A stretch of 29,034 nt of DNA. Origin: an uncultured Candidatus Sumerlaeota bacterium (lineage in GTDB: Bacteria > Sumerlaeota > Sumerlaeia > MWCT01 > JAGHBZ01). Every line of letters begins with the position of its first letter. Positions within the stretch are counted from its first letter, which is position 1. The stretch covers positions 5,708-34,741 of the forward strand of contig CAYRXI010000012.1 in assembly GCA_964428255.1 (NCBI GenBank), read 5' to 3'. A model generated the notes under the pieces. That model searched no databases and was not told where the DNA came from. It saw only the letters and a program-made list of their open reading frames with translations. This document shows positions 17,355-26,400 of the stretch, piece after piece. The position numbers and the translations under genes are program-made.

Positions 17355-19616
17355 CTATAGTTTTACTTCAACCTGCACGACTTTCCCGGCTTCAACTTCC
17401 ACCGGAATGGTTTTTTCACCGATACCATTCTTCTTAACAATTAATGAATGATTACCCGGTGATAACTCAAGCAGAGCGAAGGTCCCATCTGCAGAGCTCA
17501 GACGCTTCTTCCCGTTTGAAGCTACGGTCACCAAGGCATCCATCACTGGTGAATTATCAGCAGAGTTAATGACTTTTCCCAGAATTATGCCAGTTGCTGG
17601 TGTTTCCTTCCAGGACATTTTGGGGATACTTGCTGGCTGAGGAAACAGGGTTGTTTTCTTTTCTGAGAGAAGATTGCCTGCATTAAGTCTTGTCCAGGAG
17701 AAAAATGCCGTACCCGGAACTCCTAACGTGCGGTTTAAATTCACCGCATCCTGGAGTTGCTTAATATTGTTAAAGTTCACCAGACCATAAATGTGCCGTT
17801 TAGAGGCATATTGAACGAAATATTTTATACAATCATCATAATCGGGTTTTCTGCCGTCATTCATTGGCCAGTATATCATTGGCAGTAGTGCATCTACAGC
17901 ACCCTCTTCAACCCACTGAATACTATCCTGATAATAATCATGATAACCGCTGGAAAATCCGCTGTAGCCAGGGATTTTATCCTTGCGATGAATGCCCCAC
18001 ACGGCAGCCGTAATTTTTACTCGCGGCTTAATACTCATTACCTCAGCATATATTTTTTCCAGACACATACTTAACTGCTGGCGTTGCCAGTCTTCCTTGT
18101 TAATCTGATCGGGATTTCCATCGCCTGCAAGGCGCTCTAAGGTTATGGGGTCGTGCGAGGCATTAGGATGCGGATAACGAACACGGTCATAATGAATCCC
18201 ATCAACATCATAACGGCGAACGATATCAACTATAACCTGGCGAATATAGTCATGAAATTGGGGGATGCCGGAGCTAAAATAATAATATTTATCTCCATCA
18301 ATTATTGGATTTTTAGTCTCGTTCAGGCAAACCCAGGTGGGATTAGCTGTGGGTGAACAGTATTTAATAAATGGGTGAACTATCTCAGTAGCTGGCGGCG
18401 GTTCTGTTCCCTGCCATACCGGACATATATTTACAACTGCATGGAATTCCAGCCCACGTTTATGAGCTTCCTCCAGCGCAAACTGTAATGGGTCAAAGCC
18501 CGGATCTTTGGCACCTAACAATTTGGACCAGGGCTCAATCTGACTGGGATATAGTACATCGCCCTGTCCGCGCACTTGAAAAAATACTGCATTTATGTTT
18601 GCAGCTGTCAGTTTATCAAACATTGTTTGAATGCGACCTTTACAGGTTGCGGCATCCGGGTCGGGCCATTCAAAACGGCTAATCCAGACTCCGCGGAATT
18701 CTTCGGCGGGAGCTGAAAGTCGTTCTGTGGACAAAATTGGTGTGAGTGCTGGCGCCACTTGTTCTTGCTGAATGGAAGTCGGAGGAGGAACTTCAGCAAC
18801 TATCAGTGCAGGTGTGGGTGCTGCAGACTCAACAAATGGCTTTAGCCCGGGGATTGACTCCTGCGGTTGAGGAGCTGGCGTTGGCGAGATCTGCCTGATT
18901 TCTGGAGTTCCTTCAATGATGAACGGCGGCTGAATGACCGGTTTCTCTTCTATTTTCTGCTCGGGGGACAACTCTTGAAAAGGCTTAAGCATCATCGGAG
19001 ACGCCACCGGTGGAGGGGTAGTTATTTTCTGCTCCTCGGGTTTAACAGGTTCTACCGGCTGAGAGGGGGGCTGTGCTGGCACAGTTGTAAATGGGGAAAC
19101 TGGCTGGGTGACAAATGGAGCCTCTGGAGACACTGCCGGCGATGGTACAGGAGTAACAGCGGGGACTGGCGCAGTAATGATTGAAGTCAACGCCGGAAGT
19201 TTTTCACCTGGCTTGGCTTCCACCTCAGTTAATGGAGGCAAGGCTCCAGGCTCCTTCGTTCCGACCACTGAAGTCAATGTCGGTAGTGATAATCCCTCCG
19301 GAGCCGGTGTAGGTGTTGCCTGTGTGACAGCAGTAAACGGCGATATACCTGGTGAGGCTGAGGGAGTCGGAGAAAGCAAAGGAGTCTCTGCTGGTTTAGC
19401 TTCTTCACGCTTGATTTCTTTAATTCTTGCTCGTGGAATAGTTATCTCCACGTCATCTGCGATAATCTTCACCTCGGTTTGATTAATCTCCCTAATGGTG
19501 CAAATAATTTCCCTGCCTTCTACCAGAATGATTTTATCCGCAGCCGCTGATAAAACAAGCAAGCTTATCAAAAATATGTTGATTAGAATTACGGGGGATA
19601 AATTTATGGTTTTCAT
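17355..19616 (-). CDS. Secreted glycoside hydrolase-like family 10 (YddW/DUF187) protein with N-terminal beta domain, ~220-aa Pro/Thr linker and C-terminal carboxypeptidase-regulatory-like domain
   Basis: Signal peptide ending LVLSAAA|DK; EFRGVWI, INAVFFQVRGQGDVLYPS..EPWS, DPGFDPLQFALEEAHKRGLEFHA, YDVDGIHYD, PMIY; C-terminal ILGKV...PVMDALVT...SADGTFALLELSPG. Confidence 0.88.
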   Translation of the reverse strand: MKTINLSPVILINIFLISLLVLSAAADKIILVEGREIICTIREINQTEVKIIADDVEITIPRARIKEIKREEAKPAETPLLSPTPSASPGISPFTAVTQATPTPAPEGLSLPTLTSVVGTKEPGALPPLTEVEAKPGEKLPALTSIITAPVPAVTPVPSPAVSPEAPFVTQPVSPFTTVPAQPPSQPVEPVKPEEQKITTPPPVASPMMLKPFQELSPEQKIEEKPVIQPPFIIEGTPEIRQISPTPAPQPQESIPGLKPFVESAAPTPALIVAEVPPPTSIQQEQVAPALTPILSTERLSAPAEEFRGVWISRFEWPDPDAATCKGRIQTMFDKLTAANINAVFFQVRGQGDVLYPSQIEPWSKLLGAKDPGFDPLQFALEEAHKRGLEFHAVVNICPVWQGTEPPPATEIVHPFIKYCSPTANPTWVCLNETKNPIIDGDKYYYFSSGIPQFHDYIRQVIVDIVRRYDVDGIHYDRVRYPHPNASHDPITLERLAGDGNPDQINKEDWQRQQLSMCLEKIYAEVMSIKPRVKITAAVWGIHRKDKIPGYSGFSSGYHDYYQDSIQWVEEGAVDALLPMIYWPMNDGRKPDYDDCIKYFVQYASKRHIYGLVNFNNIKQLQDAVNLNRTLGVPGTAFFSWTRLNAGNLLSEKKTTLFPQPASIPKMSWKETPATGIILGKVINSADNSPVMDALVTVASNGKKRLSSADGTFALLELSPGNHSLIVKKNGIGEKTIPVEVEAGKVVQVEVKL
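19183..19287 (-). repeat. Degenerate short repeats in the linker of the hydrolase (LP[T/P/A]LT[S/E] x3)
   Basis: GAAGTCAACGCCGGAAGT (19183-19200) and GAAGTCAATGTCGGTAGT (19270-19287) differ at 3 of 18 nt; a third, more diverged copy lies between them. Protein: LPTLTSV / LPPLTEV / LPALTSI. Confidence 0.55.
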
Positions 19617-19697
19617 TTTTTCCTTCTCTCCTCACTTAAACACAAACTACAAAATTTTCTGGTTTAATGCTTACCGTTTGCAAGAGAAAAATACCTT

Positions 19698-21767
19698 TCA
19701 GTGTGTCTCCTGCATTGTTACCTCATAAATTTCAATGCCATACTGAGCATATATCTCCTGTAAATGTTCAGCTTTATATTTTTCCAGAAATTCATCCACC
19801 ACAAGTGATACCTTTGGCAGTTGTTCAAAGCCGAGATGAAAGCCGGGATTGTATAAGATATGAGTAATGCCCAGACGGGCTATTAAATCTCTCCACTCAA
19901 TCATTGCATTGTTACCTGCTGCGATGACAAAGCGCGCTAGTCTTAATGCCGTCAGAGGGAATGCTGTGCGCTCACAATAATATAACCGTTCATCACTGAT
20001 AAACAAAATTTTTGCGTCCCGCGGAAGTTTCGTATTAATGAACTTCACAGCAGGATATATCTCAGACCTTAATGTTACATATTGTTCCCGATTCATAATC
20101 CCGGCAACATACTCCAAACTCTTGTGTCGCAGAAAGGTTATGCCATTGTCGTAAACCAGTGCAGTGCACACCAGTAATACAACTCCAAGCAATAACTTTC
20201 TTACCGTCTGCCAGCTCTCGTGACATCCCCCGTTAACTATAAAAGCTGCAACTACCGCCAGCAGCGGGAATATCGGTACCAGATAACGAGTATGATTACT
20301 GCGTGTAAGCTGTGTCAGAACTATATATAATAAACCGATGGCAAGGAGTTGCTGAGCAATTTTCGGTTTACGACAAAAAATAAACAACGGTAATAAAATT
20401 AAATACAGTGGGGTTATCTTGGCATTAAACCGTGCCAGGTCGTAATTTCTGCCCAAAATTGTAAACTTCCAGAAGGGAAGAGAGAGATAATACCAGATAG
20501 AATAATCTGGAGTCAGCGCGGGTCCGGAGAGCCTGTACTTTTGATTAAGTTCAGCAATCACTTCCTCAAAATAATGTCCGCTGGTGCCACCAAGTTGCGC
20601 GGTAAAAAATGGATAAACTGGAGACCCACCACCTGTATAAACGTAATTTCGGATATACCACGGTGAGCCAATTAACAACGCCCCTGCAACAAAAATAATA
20701 ATACTTGTTAGCAGTGATTTTTGCCAGCGGACAAATAACAAATGATAAGTAAAAAATAGAGATACAATGGCTAAAGCAATTAACCCACGATAATCAATAT
20801 GTAGACTTATACCCATAAGCACTATGGCGAAGAGAAACCAGCCACGGTACTTACTGGAACTTCCCTCAGAAATGGTGATTCCTTCCCACCAGCGAAGGCT
20901 TGCATATAGCGCAAGTGTGATAAAGAATATCGTCCCGAGGTCATTCTTCCCTACACCTGCAAACCAGACCGGTATCGGACAGGTGTAAAAAATCGCTGAG
21001 GCAAGCAAAGCTGTCCGCTGACTAAACCAGCGTCTGCACATCACATATATCAATAGTAATACCAGCCAGCCGAAAAAATTATGAAGCAGTTTAAGTGCAA
21101 TGTCGCTATCTAATAACAGACACACACCATACACCAGCTCCACCCCACAAGTATAGTAGCTCTGATGAATAAATGGTAACTTTACAATTTTCCCGCTGGC
21201 TATGTATTGCTTCTGGCAGTAAAGATGATAACTTAGTGTGTCCCACTCATAGGGGGGGGTAAAACTGGCGATCAGGTTCATTCCAGCCTGAATTAGCAAA
21301 AGCACAAATAACAACATAAGTGGAATAGAACGAAAACCCGGCTTGAGGTCAAGATGCGTCAATCGCTGTGACAAGTTAACAACAAAATACCGTAGCTCGG
21401 TGATTCCGGCGAGAAAAAAAATTATCAATAAGGGCAAAACCACCTCGAGTCTCAATAAACCAACAAACCCCAATCCCATAACTATGTAACTCAAGAGAGC
21501 AAAGCCTATGGCAAAGGCAAATAGGAAATCTTCCAGGAGATTGTCTGCTTGCCAGCGTGCCAGCCGCATCAAGACCACTCTTCCAGTACCATAAATGACA
21601 CAAATAATGAAGAGAAACACAAATAAATCGTTAAATAGAAAGAGAAAATGATAATAAGGACGGATATGCTCCGGATGATACCACACATACCAGAACAAAA
21701 CCAATAACACCCAGATACTGGCGATTACGAACAACCACCATTCCGCAGTATTCTTTCGTCGTTCCAT
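19698..21767 (-). CDS. Polytopic membrane glycosyltransferase, GT-C fold (ArnT/PMT_2, GT39/83-like)
   Basis: About 13-15 hydrophobic segments; acidic loop PPYEWDTLSYHL; KNDL; PWYIRNY..TGG.SPVYPF; RYLVPIFP; C-terminal extracytoplasmic domain. Start chosen at ATG 21767 (MERRK); the ORF track extends 5 codons further. Confidence 0.8.
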   Translation of the reverse strand: MERRKNTAEWWLFVIASIWVLLVLFWYVWYHPEHIRPYYHFLFLFNDLFVFLFIICVIYGTGRVVLMRLARWQADNLLEDFLFAFAIGFALLSYIVMGLGFVGLLRLEVVLPLLIIFFLAGITELRYFVVNLSQRLTHLDLKPGFRSIPLMLLFVLLLIQAGMNLIASFTPPYEWDTLSYHLYCQKQYIASGKIVKLPFIHQSYYTCGVELVYGVCLLLDSDIALKLLHNFFGWLVLLLIYVMCRRWFSQRTALLASAIFYTCPIPVWFAGVGKNDLGTIFFITLALYASLRWWEGITISEGSSSKYRGWFLFAIVLMGISLHIDYRGLIALAIVSLFFTYHLLFVRWQKSLLTSIIIFVAGALLIGSPWYIRNYVYTGGGSPVYPFFTAQLGGTSGHYFEEVIAELNQKYRLSGPALTPDYSIWYYLSLPFWKFTILGRNYDLARFNAKITPLYLILLPLFIFCRKPKIAQQLLAIGLLYIVLTQLTRSNHTRYLVPIFPLLAVVAAFIVNGGCHESWQTVRKLLLGVVLLVCTALVYDNGITFLRHKSLEYVAGIMNREQYVTLRSEIYPAVKFINTKLPRDAKILFISDERLYYCERTAFPLTALRLARFVIAAGNNAMIEWRDLIARLGITHILYNPGFHLGFEQLPKVSLVVDEFLEKYKAEHLQEIYAQYGIEIYEVTMQETH

Positions 21768-21839
21768 TATTATAATTACCAAACACTGGGATTTTAACGC
21801 GCTTACACGAGGAAGTGCAAATTTTATTTACTGAGGGAC

Positions 21840-21868
21840 TTGACACGAAATAACCTGACACCTAAAAT
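21840..21868 (+). promoter_or_regulatory. Sigma70 promoter of rpsO
   Basis: TTGACA (21840-21845) - 17 nt - TAAAAT (21863-21868). Confidence 0.8.
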
Positions 21869-21890
21869 TTATGCTTCTTTTAAAATTACA

Positions 21891-21960
21891 CCGTGAGCTG
21901 GGTTAACGACGGTACCTCCATCGTCTAGCTCGGCTTTCGGCAAGTTTACTAACAGGAGGG
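21891..21960 (+). promoter_or_regulatory. Putative S15-responsive structured mRNA leader
   Basis: Stems GAGCTG/TAGCTC and GACGGT/ATCGTC enclose loop ACCTCC, which is complementary to the SD GGAGG at 21955-21959. Confidence 0.65.
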
Positions 21961-21968
21961 CAACAACA

Positions 21969-22238
21969 ATGTCAATTACCCCAGAGAAAAAACAACAGCT
22001 GATTCAGCGCTTTAGACTTAATGAGAAAGACACCGGCTCTGTTGAAGTGCAGGTGGCAATTTTAACGGAACGTATAAACCGGCTTACAGAACATTTCCGT
22101 GTGCAGAAAAAAGACTTCAATTCCCGCCGGGGACTGCTTAAATTGGTCAGCCGCCGTAAAAAATTACTGGAATACTTACAGAGAAAGGACATTGACCGCT
22201 ATCGGAAATTAATTAACGCGCTTGGACTGCGGAAATAA
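21969..22238 (+). CDS. rpsO: 30S ribosomal protein S15
   Basis: [22 protein letters not shown]...[24 protein letters not shown]...[12 protein letters not shown]; 89 aa; SD GGAGG. Confidence 0.98.
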   Translation: MSITPEKKQQLIQRFRLNEKDTGSVEVQVAILTERINRLTEHFRVQKKDFNSRRGLLKLVSRRKKLLEYLQRKDIDRYRKLINALGLRK

Positions 22239-22377
22239 TTTTAAAACCCAATATCATAAAGCCTGCATTTGAAAATGCGCAAACATTCATTGACGGAAAT
22301 TGTGGAATCTGCAGGAAGTTATTTTGTAATTCGTCTTTCGGCGATAGTAACTTTGTCTATCACTGATTATTAACCAT

Positions 22378-23301
22378 ATGAACTACAGTATCTTTGCCTG
22401 GGTAGGGTTTATCATATTCATCCTGTTAATGCTCTATCTGGACCTGCGAGTATTTTACCGGCGAGCACACGTAATAAAAATCAAAGAAGCCCTGTTACTC
22501 TCGGCATTCTGGATTGCTCTGGCACTGCTATTTAATCTGGGGATTTTTTTCTTCTACAATAAGCATAAAGCCCTGGAATTCCTCACCGGGTATCTAATTG
22601 AGAAATCACTGAGCGTGGATAATCTGTTTGTCTTTTTGGTAATTTTCTCTTATTTCTGCGTCCCGGCTACTTACCAGCACAAAGTCCTGGTCTTGGGTAT
22701 ACTGGGGGCAGTTGTAATTCGCGCCCTGTTTATCATTATCGGGATCACCTTGATCCAGAAACTACACTGGATGATATATATCTTTGGCGCCTTTTTAATC
22801 CTCACGGGGGCGAAATTAGTTCTGGAGCGAGAGCGCCAGATTAAGCCGGAACAAAATCTGGTGTTACGGCTGTTTCGTCGGGTGTTTCCTGTCACCAGAA
22901 CGTTTGAAAACGGGAAATTCTTCATCAAGCGAAACGGTAAATATTTTGCAACTCCACTTTTCGTGGTGGTGCTGACTATAGAAACCACGGATATAGTCTT
23001 TGCCATAGATTCCATACCGGCGATACTGGCGATTACTTTAGACCCTTTTATTGTGTATACCTCTAATATTTTTGCCATTCTGGGACTGCGAGCTCTTTTC
23101 TTTGCCCTTGCTGATATTATGCAGTTGTTTCATTATCTTCGCTATGGTCTATCTGTTATTTTAATATTTGTGGGTGCCAAGATGCTGCTCTCCGAATTCT
23201 ATAAAATCCCCATTAGTATAGCTTTGGGTGTTGTTGCTTCTATTTTGCTTTTTTGTATGTTTCTCTCTATTCTCTGTCCACCCAGACAACCAAAAATTTA
23301 A
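22378..23301 (+). CDS. TerC/Alx family membrane protein
   Basis: EFLTGYLIEKSLSVDNLFVF, QHKVL..GILGAVVIRALFI, ETTDIVFAIDSIPA, IVYTSNIFAILGLRALFF. Confidence 0.93.
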   Translation: MNYSIFAWVGFIIFILLMLYLDLRVFYRRAHVIKIKEALLLSAFWIALALLFNLGIFFFYNKHKALEFLTGYLIEKSLSVDNLFVFLVIFSYFCVPATYQHKVLVLGILGAVVIRALFIIIGITLIQKLHWMIYIFGAFLILTGAKLVLERERQIKPEQNLVLRLFRRVFPVTRTFENGKFFIKRNGKYFATPLFVVVLTIETTDIVFAIDSIPAILAITLDPFIVYTSNIFAILGLRALFFALADIMQLFHYLRYGLSVILIFVGAKMLLSEFYKIPISIALGVVASILLFCMFLSILCPPRQPKI

Positions 23302-23323
23302 GATTAATCCTGAATTTTTTGAC

Positions 23324-23353
23324 TTGCCACACATTAAAATTTTTATCTATAAT
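23324..23353 (+). promoter_or_regulatory. Possible sigma70 promoter for the multi-PAS kinase
   Basis: TTGCCA-N18-TATAAT in a very AT-rich intergenic region. Confidence 0.45.
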
Positions 23354-23479
23354 AGAAATCTTTATAACTCATTTATTTTTAAAGTTATATCTTAAACTCT
23401 TTTTAGTTAAAAATAAGTTATACTTATATTTTTTGAGGTAGGGAATTGAGGTGTTTTACTGTGAAAAAGAAGGGTAAGA

Positions 23480-26400
23480 ATGAAGAAAAGTCACAAGAAA
23501 CAGCGCACATTAAACACTCCTTTTGACTCTCTTCAACATTTAGCAATTAAACACAAAAGGGCAGTGGAAGCCCTTCAGGAACACGAAGAAACATCTCAGG
23601 TTTTGTTAAACGCCACTCATGACCTCGTATTAGTAGACCGCCACGGGACCATTCTGGCAGCAAACGAAGCCTTTGCCCGGAGATTTAGTAAATCCATTGA
23701 AGAACCCCTCGGGACCTGTGTCTATAATCTCTTTCCACCTGAATTAGTCCGGCAGCGCAAAGTCTGCGCAGCTGAAGTGTTTCGTTCCGGAAATCCTCTA
23801 CACTACGAAGAGAAAATAAGAGACAAATGTTTTGAAACAACAATTTATCCTATAAAAGGTAAAAAAAACAAGGTAGAAAAAATAGCCATTTTTGTACATG
23901 ATATAACCTCTCTCAAGCAAACCGAGGAGCTTCTGCGTGAAAGCGAAGAAACCGCCAGGGCACTCTTAAATGCAGTTACAGAATCTGCTATCCTAATAGA
24001 TCAAAAGGGAATTATTCACGCCATAAACAAGATAGCTGCCCAAAGATTGGGCCAAGATGTAGAATCGTTGCTTAATACCTGCGTGTATGACCACCTACCT
24101 CCTGAAGTAGCTAAATATCGTAAACCTCGTATCCAGCAGGTTTTTCGCACTGGCATACCAGTACGTTTTGTTGACCAACGCCAAGGTAGATGGTTTAACA
24201 ATAACATCTATCCAGTGTTCAATAAAGAAGGTAAAGTTGACCGTGTCGCCGTTTTTGCCAGTGACATTACTGAGCTGAAGAAAGCCGAACTTGACGCCGC
24301 TGATTTGCTAAACGCGCCTCGTGACCCCGCAGCTCTGGTAGACAAAAATGGTAAAATTCTCGCTCTTAACGCTTCTGCAGCTAAATTAGTGGGGAAAAGT
24401 ATAGAGGAACTGGTTGGAAAATGTCTCTTTGATATCATTCCCCCAGAAAAGGGAATTCCAAATAGGTTTCTACAGGTCTTTCGCACCGGTAACTCTATGC
24501 GATTTGAACATGAAATTAACGGCAGATATTTTGATGTATCACTCTACCCGATTTTTGATCAAAACCATAAAGTTATTCGAGTCGCAGCCTATGGGAGAGA
24601 GATTACTGACCGAAAAAAAGCAGAGTCTGCACTTATGCGTGCGCATCAAATCTACCAACAGGTTATTCAGAATGCACAGGGAGTTCCTTATTATCGGATG
24701 TTTGACAAAGACCATTATGAATTTCTGGGCGAAGGCGTTAAAGATTTAGTAGGTATTCCTCCGCAGAAACTAACTTATATGAAATTTAAACAACTGATAA
24801 AAGAACGCATAGTAATGGAACCTGGTGCACCTGCTGACCCTGTTGAATACACCAAAGCTGTAATTAATGGGAAATTTGACAGATACTGGGTAGATTTAAA
24901 AATTGTTACTCCACAAGGAAAAGTAAAATGGATTAACGATTGCGCAGTGTTACTGCGTGATGAGCAGACAGGAAAACCTGTTGGTTCTATAGGTATCCTG
25001 CAGGACGTCACCCTGAGAAGACAGATGGAACAGAACCTGAGAGAGAGCGAAGAACGTTATCGTCGGCTGGTGGAGCTTGCTCCGGCACCTATTGTGGTCC
25101 ACACCAACGGGAAAATTGTCTCTGTAAACACTGCCGCATTAAAAATGATTGGTGCTACAAAGCCGGAGCAGCTCTTGGGAAAGCCTGTACTGGACTTTGT
25201 GCATCCGGATTATCATCGCCTGGTAAAAGCGCGCATTCGTAAGATGATAAAAGATGGGAAACACGTTCCCCCGGTGGAAGAAAAACTAATTCGTCTGGAC
25301 GGACAAATTATAAATGCAGAAATCACAAGCATCCCGATTATCTATAATAATAAGCCATCGGTACAGCTGATTTGTCGGGACATCACCGAGCGAAAACAGA
25401 TGGAAGAGGCACAGAGACAGGCAGAGACGAAATACCGTTCGCTGGTGGAACAAATCCCGGCAATAGTATACATCGCTGCACTGGATAGAACCAGCACCAT
25501 GCTTTATGTTAGCCCGCAAGTAAAAAATATCCTCGGCTTCTCACCAGAAGATTATAAGGCTGACCCAGACATCTGGATTAAACAACTCCATCCGGAAGAT
25601 TATAAACGTGTAATGAGCGAAGTCAAAAAGAGGCAAGCTAATGGAAGATTGCTATCCATAGAATACCGAATGCTAACCAAGGTTGGACGAGAGGTCTGGT
25701 TTCAAGACAACGCTGAAATAGTTAGAGATGCTCGTGGAAAACCTTTATTCCTCCAGGGAGTAATGATTGACATTACTCAGCGCAAGCAGGCAGAAGAAGA
25801 GCTAAAAAAACACCAGCAGCAGTTAGAAGCATTAATTGAAGAACGCACCGCTAAACTGGCAGCGGCTAATGAGCAACTGGAATTGGAAATACTGAAGCAC
25901 CAAAAATTGGCGGATAAACTCATTACCCTAAAAGCACGTCTGGAACATTTGCTTACCTCTGCTACTGCTATCATTTATAGCGCTAAACCTGGCAATGAAC
26001 CGGGAACAACCTTCGTAAGTAAAAATATCAAACACCTGCTGGGCTACAAACCTTCTGAAGTAATCACTGATCCGCATTTCTGGTCAAATATTATTCATCC
26101 AGAGGATTTACAATTTGTACAGGATAAAATCGCTCGGTTGTCTGCAAAGAAACCAATATCTTTAGAATACCGTTTGCGCCATAAAAATGGGAGCTATCGC
26201 TGGATACATGACGAAATCAGACTTATCTGTGACGAAGACCTGAACCCCAGAGAAATTGTGGGTTGTATCATAGACATTACTGAACGCAAACAGGCAGAAC
26301 ACGCTCAGCAAATCCTGCAACGTCACTCGCATCAGTTAAACAAACAGCTGAGTCTTAATGAAATTGGACCTGTTGTAGCCGGAGTTTCTCGCGAATTGTT

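Noticed and set aside
22239-22377. yybP-ykoY (Mn) or other riboswitch expected upstream of a TerC/Alx gene
   Set aside because: The conserved GGGGAGUA and GAGACC elements are absent. Only short competing stems (CCTGCA/TGCAGG, GATAG/CTATC) are visible. An Infernal/Rfam scan would settle it.
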